Virus record (IMG/VR): IMGVR_UViG_3300035685_000105 | Span: 1-43,726 of that record | Strand: one strand, 5' to 3' | From: a virus | Taxonomy: Duplodnaviria; Caudoviricetes | DNA: 43,726 nt | Shown: positions 16,343 to 25,070 of the stretch, piece by piece | Layout: every line of letters starts with the position of its first letter | How positions within the stretch are numbered: position 1 is the stretch's first letter | Made by a program: the position numbers and the translations under genes | The notes under the pieces: model-generated | Databases searched by the model: none | What the model was told of the DNA's origin: nothing | The model's input: the letters and a program-made list of their open reading frames with translations, nothing else

Positions 16343-16854
16343 GGGCCATGCCGACAGCGATGACATCACATTGCTAACTTCTGCAACTGCTCTACAAAGG
16401 TATAGAGCCAGTACATTAGCCAATAGAACACGGCTGTCACTACGAGACCCAGAAGGAGCCTGAGGCGACGGAATCGAATCGCCTTTATTCTGGCTTGATG
16501 TCGGTCGAGCATCCTCGAAAAGCGCGCCATCAGATTGCCGTACATGAGAAACAGCGAGGCCCAAAAAACGACAAGGGCACCTCGGTCGCCAGATACCCGC
16601 GCTACAAGTAGAAAAGCCCCCAGAAGGGTCAACCACCCGCCGAACTCGAACCATGCAGGCGCATTCCTAATTAGCCAATCATCACTGTGGTCGGCCCAGT
16701 CGTCCAACCGCTGTACCCAGGAGCTTCCTTCATTGCCGCCAAGTGGCTGCTTATCCATTATGCCCTCCCTCCAAAATCAGCGCAGTGCATAATGTACGCA
16801 GGTTGGCTCAAATCGTTGCGAGGGGATGAGACAGGGCCATGCCGACAGCGATGA
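16343..16854 (+). repeat. 21-bp direct repeat flanking a moron gene
   Basis: GGGCCATGCCGACAGCGATGA at 16343-16363 and 16834-16854. Confidence 0.9.
16366..16758 (-). CDS. small three-TM membrane protein (moron)
   Basis: GGAGGGAGGG RBS; three hydrophobic segments; lower GC. Confidence 0.75.
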   Translation of the reverse strand: MDKQPLGGNEGSSWVQRLDDWADHSDDWLIRNAPAWFEFGGWLTLLGAFLLVARVSGDRGALVVFWASLFLMYGNLMARFSRMLDRHQARIKAIRFRRLRLLLGLVVTAVFYWLMYWLYTFVEQLQKLAM

Positions 16855-16900
16855 AGATGCGATGAACAAGAACGCTAGCCCGCACAAAAACACGCGGCTA

Positions 16901-16957
16901 CACAAAAGCAGAAACCCCGCGCCTGTTACCCTCTAGCGCGGGGTTTCTGCTTTTGTG
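16901..16957. terminator. long perfect hairpin, probable bidirectional terminator
   Basis: CACAAAAGCAGAAACCCCGCGC / GCGCGGGGTTTCTGCTTTTGTG; 22-bp stem, 13-nt loop. Confidence 0.75.
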
Positions 16958-16960
16958 GGC

Positions 16961-17027
16961 TTGTCCTAGTTTGTGACAGTGATTCGTCCTAGTATTAGAC
17001 AGAATTTGTCCTAGTTTAAGACAGTGA
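16961..17027. repeat. three tandem 22-23 bp protein-binding-like repeats, (T/C)GTC-N9-GACA
   Basis: GTCCTAGT cores at 16963, 16986 and 17008; copies 1 and 3 are 20/22 identical. Confidence 0.85.
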
Positions 17028-17078
17028 CGCCGGACACGGTATCATCTATACTACCTCTCAACCTGAAAGAGAGGCATC

Positions 17079-17573
17079 GTGAACTTGTTTGACATGTACC
17101 GCCTGTTTCCGACCCATATAGACTGCATAGCCTTTTTGGAGCGGCTTCGCTGGGATGACACACCCGTTTGTCCATATTGCGGCTCAATTAGAACCTCCCG
17201 CGTCTTGAGGGAACAACGCCACCACTGCAACGGCTGCAACACGCCATTTCGCGTTACTGTCGCTACGGTTTTCCACCACACGCATCTCCCTTTGCAAAAA
17301 TGGTTCCTTGCAATTTGGCTTACCTTGAACACGAGGCGAGGTAGGTCACCGAAAGGACTCCCCGCTCGTCAATTAGCAAAAGCTATGGAAATCAACAAGA
17401 ACACAGCGCACTTAGTATCTAAACGTCTAAGGGGCGCAATGGAAGATGTAGAGCAGCGCGAACTTTTACTCCGCATTGGTGACGTGGGCGACTCAGCGTT
17501 AGCAATGGTCACCACTGCCCAAAGTCGGCAGCAACCGCTCTCAACACCCCTTGTACAGCAACAGGAGCATTGA
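17079..17573 (+). CDS. IS1595-family transposase N-terminal Zn-ribbon/HTH, lacking the DDE domain
   Basis: PVCPYCGS..CNGCNTPFRVTVATVFHHTHLPLQKWFLAI..ARQLAKAMEINKNTA; ORF ends before any catalytic domain. Confidence 0.78.
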   Translation: MNLFDMYRLFPTHIDCIAFLERLRWDDTPVCPYCGSIRTSRVLREQRHHCNGCNTPFRVTVATVFHHTHLPLQKWFLAIWLTLNTRRGRSPKGLPARQLAKAMEINKNTAHLVSKRLRGAMEDVEQRELLLRIGDVGDSALAMVTTAQSRQQPLSTPLVQQQEH

Positions 17574-17574
17574 A

Positions 17575-18507
17575 ATGGCAGACCAGATTGTTAATAAGCA
17601 ACTCGTTCGAGCTACGCATGGGTCACCAGATAACCCGCTACGCATTGGAGATGTAGAAATCCCCTGCTATGTACTAGAGGATGGGCGGCGAGTCATACAC
17701 CAGCGTGGTTTGGTTGCGGCACTAGGTATGTCGCGGGGGAGTAGTAGCGATTCAGGCGGTGACCGACTCGCCAAGTTTACGCAAGGCAAAGCGCTGCAAC
17801 CCTACATTTCGGAAGGGCTGCTTAACGCCGCCACGAAGCCAATTAAGTTTCGTACTCCAAAGGGGGCTTTGGCTTATGGCTATGAGGCTACTGTTCTCGC
17901 AGACATTTGCGAGGCGGTCTTGCAGGCACGAGCAGACAAGAGGCTACAAAAACAACAAGAGCACATCGCCCGACAATGCGAAATCCTTGTACGCGCCTTT
18001 GCTCGCGTAGGTATTATCGCATTGGTGGATGAGGCCACTGGTTACCAGTCGGACAGAGCAAGACAAGCCCTAGAAGAAATCCTGCGGAAGTTTATTTCAG
18101 AGGAACTTCTTAAGTGGGCGAAAACGTTTCCAGACGACTTCTATCGAGAATTGTTCAGGCTCAGAGGGATTCAGTATTCCGAGGTGACCAGCAAGCGGCC
18201 TGGCTATATCGGGAGGCTGACTAACGATATAGTATATGAACGACTTGCGCCGGGTGTCCTAGAAGAGTTGAAGCGCCTTACCCCAAAAGACAGCAAGGGC
18301 CGAAGAAAGCACAAGTATTTCCAGCGTCTAACTGAGGACATAGGTCACGAAAAGCTGCGTGAACACCTATCCAATGTCATTACCTTAATGCGAGCATCGC
18401 CAAACTGGCCCACGTTCTACAAGCTTCTGCAAAGGGCGCTGCCGAAATATAACCCCCAACTGAGTCTACCTATACCAGAAATGGGCGATGATGAACAGAT
18501 AGATTGA
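17575..18507 (+). CDS. P63C-domain protein
   Basis: IPCYVLEDGRRV, GIIALVDEATGYQ, KWAKTFPDDFY, TNDIVYERLAPGVL; AGGAG RBS. Confidence 0.88.
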   Translation: MADQIVNKQLVRATHGSPDNPLRIGDVEIPCYVLEDGRRVIHQRGLVAALGMSRGSSSDSGGDRLAKFTQGKALQPYISEGLLNAATKPIKFRTPKGALAYGYEATVLADICEAVLQARADKRLQKQQEHIARQCEILVRAFARVGIIALVDEATGYQSDRARQALEEILRKFISEELLKWAKTFPDDFYRELFRLRGIQYSEVTSKRPGYIGRLTNDIVYERLAPGVLEELKRLTPKDSKGRRKHKYFQRLTEDIGHEKLREHLSNVITLMRASPNWPTFYKLLQRALPKYNPQLSLPIPEMGDDEQID

Positions 18508-18776
18508 GTAAGACCAGAACACCAGTAGCTGGTTTCAATCTACTGGATACCCCGTCCTGGCCTCCGAGGTACGTTGCAATAAGGCGACTTGCACTTAAGG
18601 CAACCTTTGGCCCCTGCCCTTCTTGCGCCTCACCATTGCGCGGCATCCGAACATGGCTGCAATGCTAACACGGCCCCCAAACCCGAACCACAACCTTGAA
18701 GAGCGTCTTGTGCAGCTATATGACAAAACTGTAATCAAGTTGGGCTGCTAAATTGGCACTCGGTAGGCGCGAGTGC

Positions 18777-18805
18777 TTGTTTTTGCTGGCAACTTGTTCT
18801 ATACT
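18777..18805 (+). promoter_or_regulatory. promoter of the zeta-like kinase gene
   Basis: TTGTTT-17-TATACT, about 150 nt upstream of GTG 18955. Confidence 0.55.
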
Positions 18806-18954
18806 ACTAAAAGCAAAACGCCACCATGCCCTCAGAAAGCGGTGGCGTCTTACCCTGTATGTTCGCAAGCCAACAAAGGCCGCGTGCTGTGCGGAACTAT
18901 TGTATGCGACTCAGGGATCGAAGTCAACATCACCAGAACCCCTGAGGTGCGCCA

Positions 18955-19890
18955 GTGAAAGTCAGAGGCGGTAAGAGCAAAGAACTATGGAGTTGGGCTT
19001 CGGCCTTTATTAATATAGTCTTGCCAGCGAGGTATTCGTTCACCCCACCTACAATCAAGCGGAACCCGCAGCTAACTAAGCGCGAAAGGTACATCGAAGG
19101 TGACTTCATAGACTGGATAGAGGAAGATTGGGAACGGGCAGTTCGCGATTACTGCAAGCTACGAGAAAGCGAAAACGGACGAGTGCTGAATCCTGACATC
19201 GCTCGTGAGTTATCTCGGTTTTATAAGCAATCCGACGAAGACCGGGCTCGCTATGCTGTCGCGGTGCATGAGCCTGCTAGTGCCTTGGTAAAAGAAATCT
19301 ATCACCGCCGCCTCCGTAAGCGCTTTGTCAGGAGCCGACTGGTTTTCTTCACTGCTGGCGGTGCAGGCGCTGGAAAGACCACTGCTTTTAATGAAGTAAT
19401 GGGGATTGAGCAGTGGAAGCGATACCACACGGTATATGACAGCACTCTGAGCAGCTTTGAAAGTGCCAGCGTAAAGATCGAGCAAGCCTTGGCTGCCCAT
19501 AAACAGGCTCTGATCCTGTATGTGCATCGCCCAATAGGATTGGCGGTGCAAGGTGTTATAGATCGCGCCCTGGAACGCGGACGGGTTTTGCCCATTGACG
19601 AAGTCGCGAGAGGGCATTATAATGCACAGTGTGCAATATTCGAGATCATTGCACATTATGCAACTTCGGAGTACCGTGAGCGCGTGGCAGTGAGGATTGC
19701 GAATAACAGTAATGGCACCAAAGGTGCTATAATTGATATGACAATCCACGAACTGGAAAAGGCGCGCTATCCAGATCTCGAAACAGTAATGCGCCTAGCT
19801 AGGGGGGCTCTCGAAAATGTTAAAAGAACTCGGAGCAAAGCTGGGGAACCCATTCCAGAGACGCTCTACCGCATTCTCGCTCGAGCATGA
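18955..19890 (+). CDS. zeta-toxin-like P-loop kinase
   Basis: FTAGGAGAGKTT Walker A, VYDSTLS, LYVHRP, RALERGRVLP; N-terminal DIARELS..AVHEPAS motif. Confidence 0.78.
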   Translation: MKVRGGKSKELWSWASAFINIVLPARYSFTPPTIKRNPQLTKRERYIEGDFIDWIEEDWERAVRDYCKLRESENGRVLNPDIARELSRFYKQSDEDRARYAVAVHEPASALVKEIYHRRLRKRFVRSRLVFFTAGGAGAGKTTAFNEVMGIEQWKRYHTVYDSTLSSFESASVKIEQALAAHKQALILYVHRPIGLAVQGVIDRALERGRVLPIDEVARGHYNAQCAIFEIIAHYATSEYRERVAVRIANNSNGTKGAIIDMTIHELEKARYPDLETVMRLARGALENVKRTRSKAGEPIPETLYRILARA

Positions 19891-20023
19891 GGCTGACATT
19901 ATGTTGGGCGCAGCAATTCAAGGCTTAGAGAAGGCGGCGCGTGCGAAGGAAGAGCGAATTAGCGCAGACTCACGCATGAAGGAGGAGCGCGAACCCCGTC
20001 GCCAACCTGCTCATGTCTGCTAG
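19817..20023 (+). CDS. small overlapping protein, possible partner or antitoxin of the kinase
   Basis: 68 aa helical ORF overlapping the kinase 3' end and ending just before the terminator. Confidence 0.4.
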   Translation: MLKELGAKLGNPFQRRSTAFSLEHEADIMLGAAIQGLEKAARAKEERISADSRMKEEREPRRQPAHVC

Positions 20024-20044
20024 CCGATTCAATACGCGAACACT

Positions 20045-20075
20045 AAAACAGCGCCAGATTACCTGGCGCTGTTTT
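20045..20075. terminator. bidirectional intrinsic terminator
   Basis: AAAACAGCGCCAG-ATTAC-CTGGCGCTGTTTT between convergent genes. Confidence 0.85.
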
Positions 20076-20082
20076 CTATTGA

Positions 20083-21012
20083 TCAAGCGTCAAATCGAAT
20101 CCCCAGGGCGTCACAAGGCGCGTCCTGTAGGTCGAGGGTGTTGCCCAGGTAGATCTGCGTCGTGTTGATGTTGGAGTGCCCAAGGTTGATCTGGATTTGC
20201 TCCAGCTTGGCCCCGCCCTTCGCCGCGAGTTTGGCATAGGTTCTACGAAGGTCATGTGGTGCCACCTTGATCCCCGTGCGCGCCGAATGCTCCCCGACCA
20301 CGTTCCACAGCGTCTGCGTGCTGGCCTTCGCCCCGGCGACCCTACCGGCTTTGTTGACCGGGCGGAAGAGATAGCCGCTCCGAATCCCCGCCTCCTCCAG
20401 CCACGCATCGAGCAGCGCCTTCGTCCACGCCGCCATCGGCACGTTGCGAATCTTGCTGCCCTTCCCGTCCAGGTCACACACCACCCACCGCCCCTCGCGG
20501 ACCTGCACCTGCTCGATGGTGAGTGTGGCCGCCTCGTCGCGGCGTAGACCGCAGCCGATGAGCAGCCCCAGAATCGCCCGGTCGCGCTTCCCCTTCAGCG
20601 TGGCCGCATCCGGGGCGTTGATGAGTTCCTGAGCCTGCTCTTTCGATAGCCAGTTGCCGAGCCGCTTGCCCGCCTTCTTGACGCCCTTCACGCCCTCGAT
20701 GGCCCGCGCCTGCTCCGAGGAGAGTTCGCCCATCTCTTCGAGCAGCGCCGCCATGAGGCGAATTGCCGAGAGCGCCTGGTTCACCGACTGGCTGCCCGTG
20801 CCTCCGGCGCGCAGCACCTCCTTGTAGCGGCGAACCGTCACCGCATCGAGGCGCTTGTGACCAGCCGCCGCGTACCAGGTGAGGAAGGCGCGGATGTGGC
20901 GGCCATAGGCGCGTTTGGTGTGGCGGCTGCCCACCGCGTCACACACCATCTCGACGAGCCTGCCGGTCGTGTCCTGGGGCTGCTCGATGACGACTAACGC
21001 TGCGGATGTCAT
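20083..21012 (-). CDS. tyrosine recombinase (XerC/D-like)
   Basis: Full catalytic set GLRR, GKG, HDLRR, LGH, TQIY; SAM-like N-terminal domain; start uncertain (ATG 21012 chosen). Confidence 0.93.
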   Translation of the reverse strand: MTSAALVVIEQPQDTTGRLVEMVCDAVGSRHTKRAYGRHIRAFLTWYAAAGHKRLDAVTVRRYKEVLRAGGTGSQSVNQALSAIRLMAALLEEMGELSSEQARAIEGVKGVKKAGKRLGNWLSKEQAQELINAPDAATLKGKRDRAILGLLIGCGLRRDEAATLTIEQVQVREGRWVVCDLDGKGSKIRNVPMAAWTKALLDAWLEEAGIRSGYLFRPVNKAGRVAGAKASTQTLWNVVGEHSARTGIKVAPHDLRRTYAKLAAKGGAKLEQIQINLGHSNINTTQIYLGNTLDLQDAPCDALGIRFDA

Positions 21013-21198
21013 AGGGGATTCCAGGAGATACTGAGCATTATCATTCATCATAGGAATAGTGGTACAACTGCCTATCCAAGAGTGGAGCACCCCCCTTGCA
21101 AAGGCATGTGGCGCTGGCTATACTTGTGGGGTAATCCCCCCTCAAGCCCGCCGCGCGTGACCTTGGCCGGTTCCACACGCGGCGGGCGTCTTTGTGTC

Positions 21199-23076
21199 TT
21201 ACGCCACACTCCGCACCGCATCGAGCAGGGCGGGGTAATGCTCCAGCGTCCAGGCATCGCCACGGAAGCGATAGAAGCAGAGCGCGTGGACGAACTGCTC
21301 GCCCGGCTGCGCGTTCCACCAGGCGACGTAGCGGCCCGCCTCTACAATCCACCCTGTCGCGTCCTCGTCCCAGCCGAGGTTGCCATCGCGCCGGAAGAGG
21401 TGATTCGTCTCGGTGATGTAGAGCGGCAGGCGGCGGAAGATGGGCTGCCCGTCGCGCTCGTAGTCGTAGATGGCCTGCGCGAGCGCCTCCCACATCCTGA
21501 AGCCGTACACCTGCCAGCGCATCGAGGCGAAGCGCTCGTCAGTGTTGACCGCCTGGTCGGAGCGGTAGCTGTAACCATGCAGCGCGAAGCCCTCGGCCCC
21601 CGCCAGTCCCACGAGGATTTCCTTCTGATACTGAAGGGGGTCGCCCGACTGATTGTTGGTCGGGTCTATCGCCGGAGGGCTGAGGCGCACGCCGGTCGGC
21701 AACGCCTTCCACACCGGGTTGTAGACCGCCAGCACGTCGGCGGGGGTGATGGCCGTGCCGGGGTTCTGCTCGTCCTGGTAGTCGGGACGCTCGGCGGCGC
21801 GGTTCGTCTCGTTGCCGATGATGTGCAGGTGGACGCCCTTCGACTGCCGGATGCTCTCGTAGAGCCAGCGCCGGAACGCCTGATAGAGTGCTCGCACCGG
21901 GAAGGTGCCCAGGCCGCCGTCCGCCTTCGCCCAGGAGTAGTTCCATCTGACGATGACGCGAATTCCCGCCGCCTCGTAAGCCGAATAGTCCACCGGGCGC
22001 GGCGTGTTCAAGTCGCCGTGCGAGTAGACCACCTCGACGACGGTGCCCTTGAAGCCCGTCGCCAGCGCGTACTCTGCCGCGCCGTCCCCGTGTAGGCCAC
22101 GCAGGGGAAAGTTCGGGCGCTGGATGGGCGGCAGCACCTTCGCCGGGGTGGGCTGCACACCGAAGGGCAGGAGGTAGGGCTTCGGGTCCACCTGGTCGTT
22201 CGGGTACTTCGTCTCGCGCCGCGCCGTCGCCCCCTTGATTTTGAGGGTCAGGTGCAGGTGGCTCCCACTGCTGTTGCCCGTGCTGTCGGCGATGCCGATG
22301 ACCTGGCCCCACTTCACCCTCTGCCCCTCCCTCACGAGCGCCTGATGGAAGTGAGCGTAGATGGTTTCGTAGCTGCCGTCGTGGCTCACGATGCGGACGT
22401 GGATGCCGTAGTTGTGGCCCACTGGGTTCGTGCGGACCAGCTTCACCACGCCGTCATGGCAGGCGAAAATGTTGGAGCCATGCGGGGCGCGAATGTCCAC
22501 CCCCTCGTGCCCCGGCAAATCCCACTTGCGGTAGGTCGCCGGGTTAGCCCCGAACGCCTGAGTCACCGTCTTGTACTGCGTCGGCCAGAAAAGCTGAATG
22601 GTGTTCACGGCACTCTCCTCACTAGCCAGGCTCTCAAGCGCCTGGCGATACGTCTGCACCTTGTTCCAGTACCGCGCCACATAGTTGTCGAACGACGGCC
22701 ACGCGCCGCCGCCGCTGTAGTTGTAGAGGGCGCGCTGCTCGTCGCCCCCTGCCGCCTTGATGTTGTGGGCGAGAATCGAGCAGCCCCAGTGGAGGTTGGT
22801 GGCCGGGTCTTTCAACTGCGCCGTCGTGGGACGCCCTTTGAAGACGGGGTTGGGATTGCCGCTCGAAACCACCTGCATCAGGCCAACGGCGTGAAAGTCG
22901 TTGCTCACCCCCGCCTGCACCCCGCTCTCGACAATGGTGATGGCCGCGACGAGGAAAGGGGCTACGCCGTGCTTTGCCGCGGCGGCCTCGATGGCCGCCG
23001 CGTGCTGGCTCAGGCGGTTGGCGTAGGGAGCCAGTCCCGCGTGCCGCGTCAGGTTCAGTTCAGAAAGTCGCTTCAT
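21199..23076 (-). CDS. multidomain endolysin: SLT lytic transglycosylase + M23 peptidase + glycoside hydrolase-like TIM barrel
   Basis: IVESG/AVGLMQV/ALYNY (SLT); HEGVD, YAH, HLH (M23); IGNETN and YITETN (clan GH-A acid/base and nucleophile); GGAG RBS. Confidence 0.85.
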   Translation of the reverse strand: MKRLSELNLTRHAGLAPYANRLSQHAAAIEAAAAKHGVAPFLVAAITIVESGVQAGVSNDFHAVGLMQVVSSGNPNPVFKGRPTTAQLKDPATNLHWGCSILAHNIKAAGGDEQRALYNYSGGGAWPSFDNYVARYWNKVQTYRQALESLASEESAVNTIQLFWPTQYKTVTQAFGANPATYRKWDLPGHEGVDIRAPHGSNIFACHDGVVKLVRTNPVGHNYGIHVRIVSHDGSYETIYAHFHQALVREGQRVKWGQVIGIADSTGNSSGSHLHLTLKIKGATARRETKYPNDQVDPKPYLLPFGVQPTPAKVLPPIQRPNFPLRGLHGDGAAEYALATGFKGTVVEVVYSHGDLNTPRPVDYSAYEAAGIRVIVRWNYSWAKADGGLGTFPVRALYQAFRRWLYESIRQSKGVHLHIIGNETNRAAERPDYQDEQNPGTAITPADVLAVYNPVWKALPTGVRLSPPAIDPTNNQSGDPLQYQKEILVGLAGAEGFALHGYSYRSDQAVNTDERFASMRWQVYGFRMWEALAQAIYDYERDGQPIFRRLPLYITETNHLFRRDGNLGWDEDATGWIVEAGRYVAWWNAQPGEQFVHALCFYRFRGDAWTLEHYPALLDAVRSVA

Positions 23077-23083
23077 GGTGCTC

Positions 23084-24193
23084 CTATGCGGTTGGGATGA
23101 TGCGGCGGCGGGTGGCGTCGTCCATAAAGCCAACACAGAGAATCAGCATCTGCGTCAGAATCAGTTCCGCCTCAAGCTGCTTGGTGCCGCCCAGTTCGGC
23201 GTCACATCGGGGGTCAATTAACTGCGGGTGCGTGGGCCGCCCGTCGGGTGCCCGGCCATAGTGCGCGATGCGGCCCGTGCCGCTGGCTGTGTGGCTGACG
23301 CCCCAGTCCAGGTAGTCCACGTTGGGGTAGGGTGTATTGATGGTCGCCTGGATCTCGGCCTTACGCGCGGCAGCAAACCCTTGGCGCGTGCTGTCCATAT
23401 AGCTATTGAACAGCTTGTCGATGCCGCAATTGATGGCCGGTTCTGGGTCGCCCGAACGCGTCGAGGTATGCACGTCGATACCGCCAACGAACTCCCACGC
23501 GGCAATCGTGTCCTGCACGTACTGGAGTTCGGGCAGCGCCCCCGCCGATGGCCCCTTGTAGAGCGTCGAGCCTGCCGGATAGAGCGTCGAGCCCGGATCC
23601 CACAGCGCCCACAGGTCATCCACCACGCCCGTCGAGTTGTTCAGTGCCTCGCACACGTAGCCCCGGTTGCCGTTGATGCGGACGCCGGAGAGGCCGGGGC
23701 AGCCGTAGGTCTTGGTGGCGTGGGCGAAGCCGCCGGAGTTGATGACCGGATGCACCACGAAGTGAGTACGGGCAGCCATCTCTGCGTACAGGTCGGGGTT
23801 GTCGGAGAGCGCGGGGTTGTCCAGCCGCTTGGCGAACTCCATTGTGGCAACCACCGAAGCCCATTCCGAGGCGTGGACGCCCGCCCCGATGTAGATGTGG
23901 CACTCCGAGGCCGAATCGCCGATCTCGAAGCGATTCACCTCCTGTGCCGGGTAGCCCGTGATGCTCGTCGAGTCACCCAAGTCCACGAGGTTGTAGGCTG
24001 AGGCGGGCAGGTTCGCGTCCACCCAGGCCCGCGTCGTCGCGGGCACGGGCGCATCCGCGTTCCCCAGCGTGCCGTTCCAAGTCTCGTAGACAAAGGTACG
24101 CGCCGGGACGATGATGGGCGGCAGGCTCACGCGGGTGCGTGCCCGGCGCGGCACCTCCAGCATATGATTGCGGCCGTAGCGAGGAAAGGGCAT
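23084..24193 (-). CDS. M14-family zinc carboxypeptidase-like protein at the distal end of the tail module
   Basis: GVHASEW (HxxE), PVINSGG, NGNR, IDVH. Confidence 0.72.
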   Translation of the reverse strand: MPFPRYGRNHMLEVPRRARTRVSLPPIIVPARTFVYETWNGTLGNADAPVPATTRAWVDANLPASAYNLVDLGDSTSITGYPAQEVNRFEIGDSASECHIYIGAGVHASEWASVVATMEFAKRLDNPALSDNPDLYAEMAARTHFVVHPVINSGGFAHATKTYGCPGLSGVRINGNRGYVCEALNNSTGVVDDLWALWDPGSTLYPAGSTLYKGPSAGALPELQYVQDTIAAWEFVGGIDVHTSTRSGDPEPAINCGIDKLFNSYMDSTRQGFAAARKAEIQATINTPYPNVDYLDWGVSHTASGTGRIAHYGRAPDGRPTHPQLIDPRCDAELGGTKQLEAELILTQMLILCVGFMDDATRRRIIPTA

Positions 24194-24194
24194 C

Positions 24195-25061
24195 TTAGCC
24201 TTCCGTGTAACCCATCAGGGTGTAGCCTAGTTGGAACGAAGTTGAGCCAGAAGTGTTGTCGAAGATGATCTCCACGCCTTCAGGGAACTCTTCCGGGCCG
24301 ATGTACTTCAGGCCGTAGCTGCCTGACCCCTGCCCGCCCGTGCTGCCAGTGGTCGTGTCCTCGATGAGTTCAAACAGTTGCGGGGAGAGGTCGCGCACCC
24401 GATCCGGGTACCACTGCGTGGTCGAGGAGGCGGCCCCGGTCTTTTCCATCGGGTAGAGGAAGTGCTGCACGCCACTCCGTCGCTCCCGGATGGTCAGGCG
24501 CATGTAGTTCTCGGTGTCCGTGAACCACACGAAGTACGGGATGCGGGTGGGCAGCGTCGTGTTGACCAACGTAATCGCCGCGTCCGCTGCCGCATAGGCT
24601 CCCGTGATTCGGTGAACGCCGATGCTGGTGATGGCCGGCGGCGTCGTCTTCATGCGCCCCGATGCAATCGCCCCCTGCAGCGTGTTGAGGTGGGCTTGAA
24701 GGCTCGTAAACAGGGTGATGTCTTCGGTCGAGAGCGTGACCGCCAGTGCCGCCGCCCGCGCCTTCTGACCGATGCTTGCCGGAAGCAAGCCTATCAGTGA
24801 GGTCAGCCGCTGCGCGATGCGCTGGAGCCTGCCGTTCAGCCCGGCGGCGGCGGTGTCTGACGCGGGCGCGGTCTCACCCGTCGCGCCGAGCAGGGCTTGC
24901 GCGACGGTATCCTGCACGGCCAGGTCGGCTACGTCTTCACCGTGCTGCTGCGTCGGGCTGACTCCTCGCCACGCCACGAACTTGTTGACTCCTAGAACGG
25001 ACGCCAGAACGCCTGCGAACGGCTTTCCGTTCACGCTACTCGGTTGATTGGGATAAGCCAC
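24195..25061 (-). CDS. putative tail fibre/minor tail protein
   Basis: Position after the tail-tip genes; GGAGG RBS; helical N-terminal half and beta-rich C-terminal half. Confidence 0.55.
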   Translation of the reverse strand: MAYPNQPSSVNGKPFAGVLASVLGVNKFVAWRGVSPTQQHGEDVADLAVQDTVAQALLGATGETAPASDTAAAGLNGRLQRIAQRLTSLIGLLPASIGQKARAAALAVTLSTEDITLFTSLQAHLNTLQGAIASGRMKTTPPAITSIGVHRITGAYAAADAAITLVNTTLPTRIPYFVWFTDTENYMRLTIRERRSGVQHFLYPMEKTGAASSTTQWYPDRVRDLSPQLFELIEDTTTGSTGGQGSGSYGLKYIGPEEFPEGVEIIFDNTSGSTSFQLGYTLMGYTEG

Positions 25062-25070
25062 GTTTCCTCC

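Noticed and set aside
16961-17027. Possible mini-CRISPR array
   Set aside because: The repeats are contiguous with no unique spacers, and no cas genes are present; the Cas4-like nuclease is a typical phage exonuclease
17079-17573. Active IS1595 insertion sequence
   Set aside because: No DDE domain, and no terminal inverted repeats or target duplication could be identified
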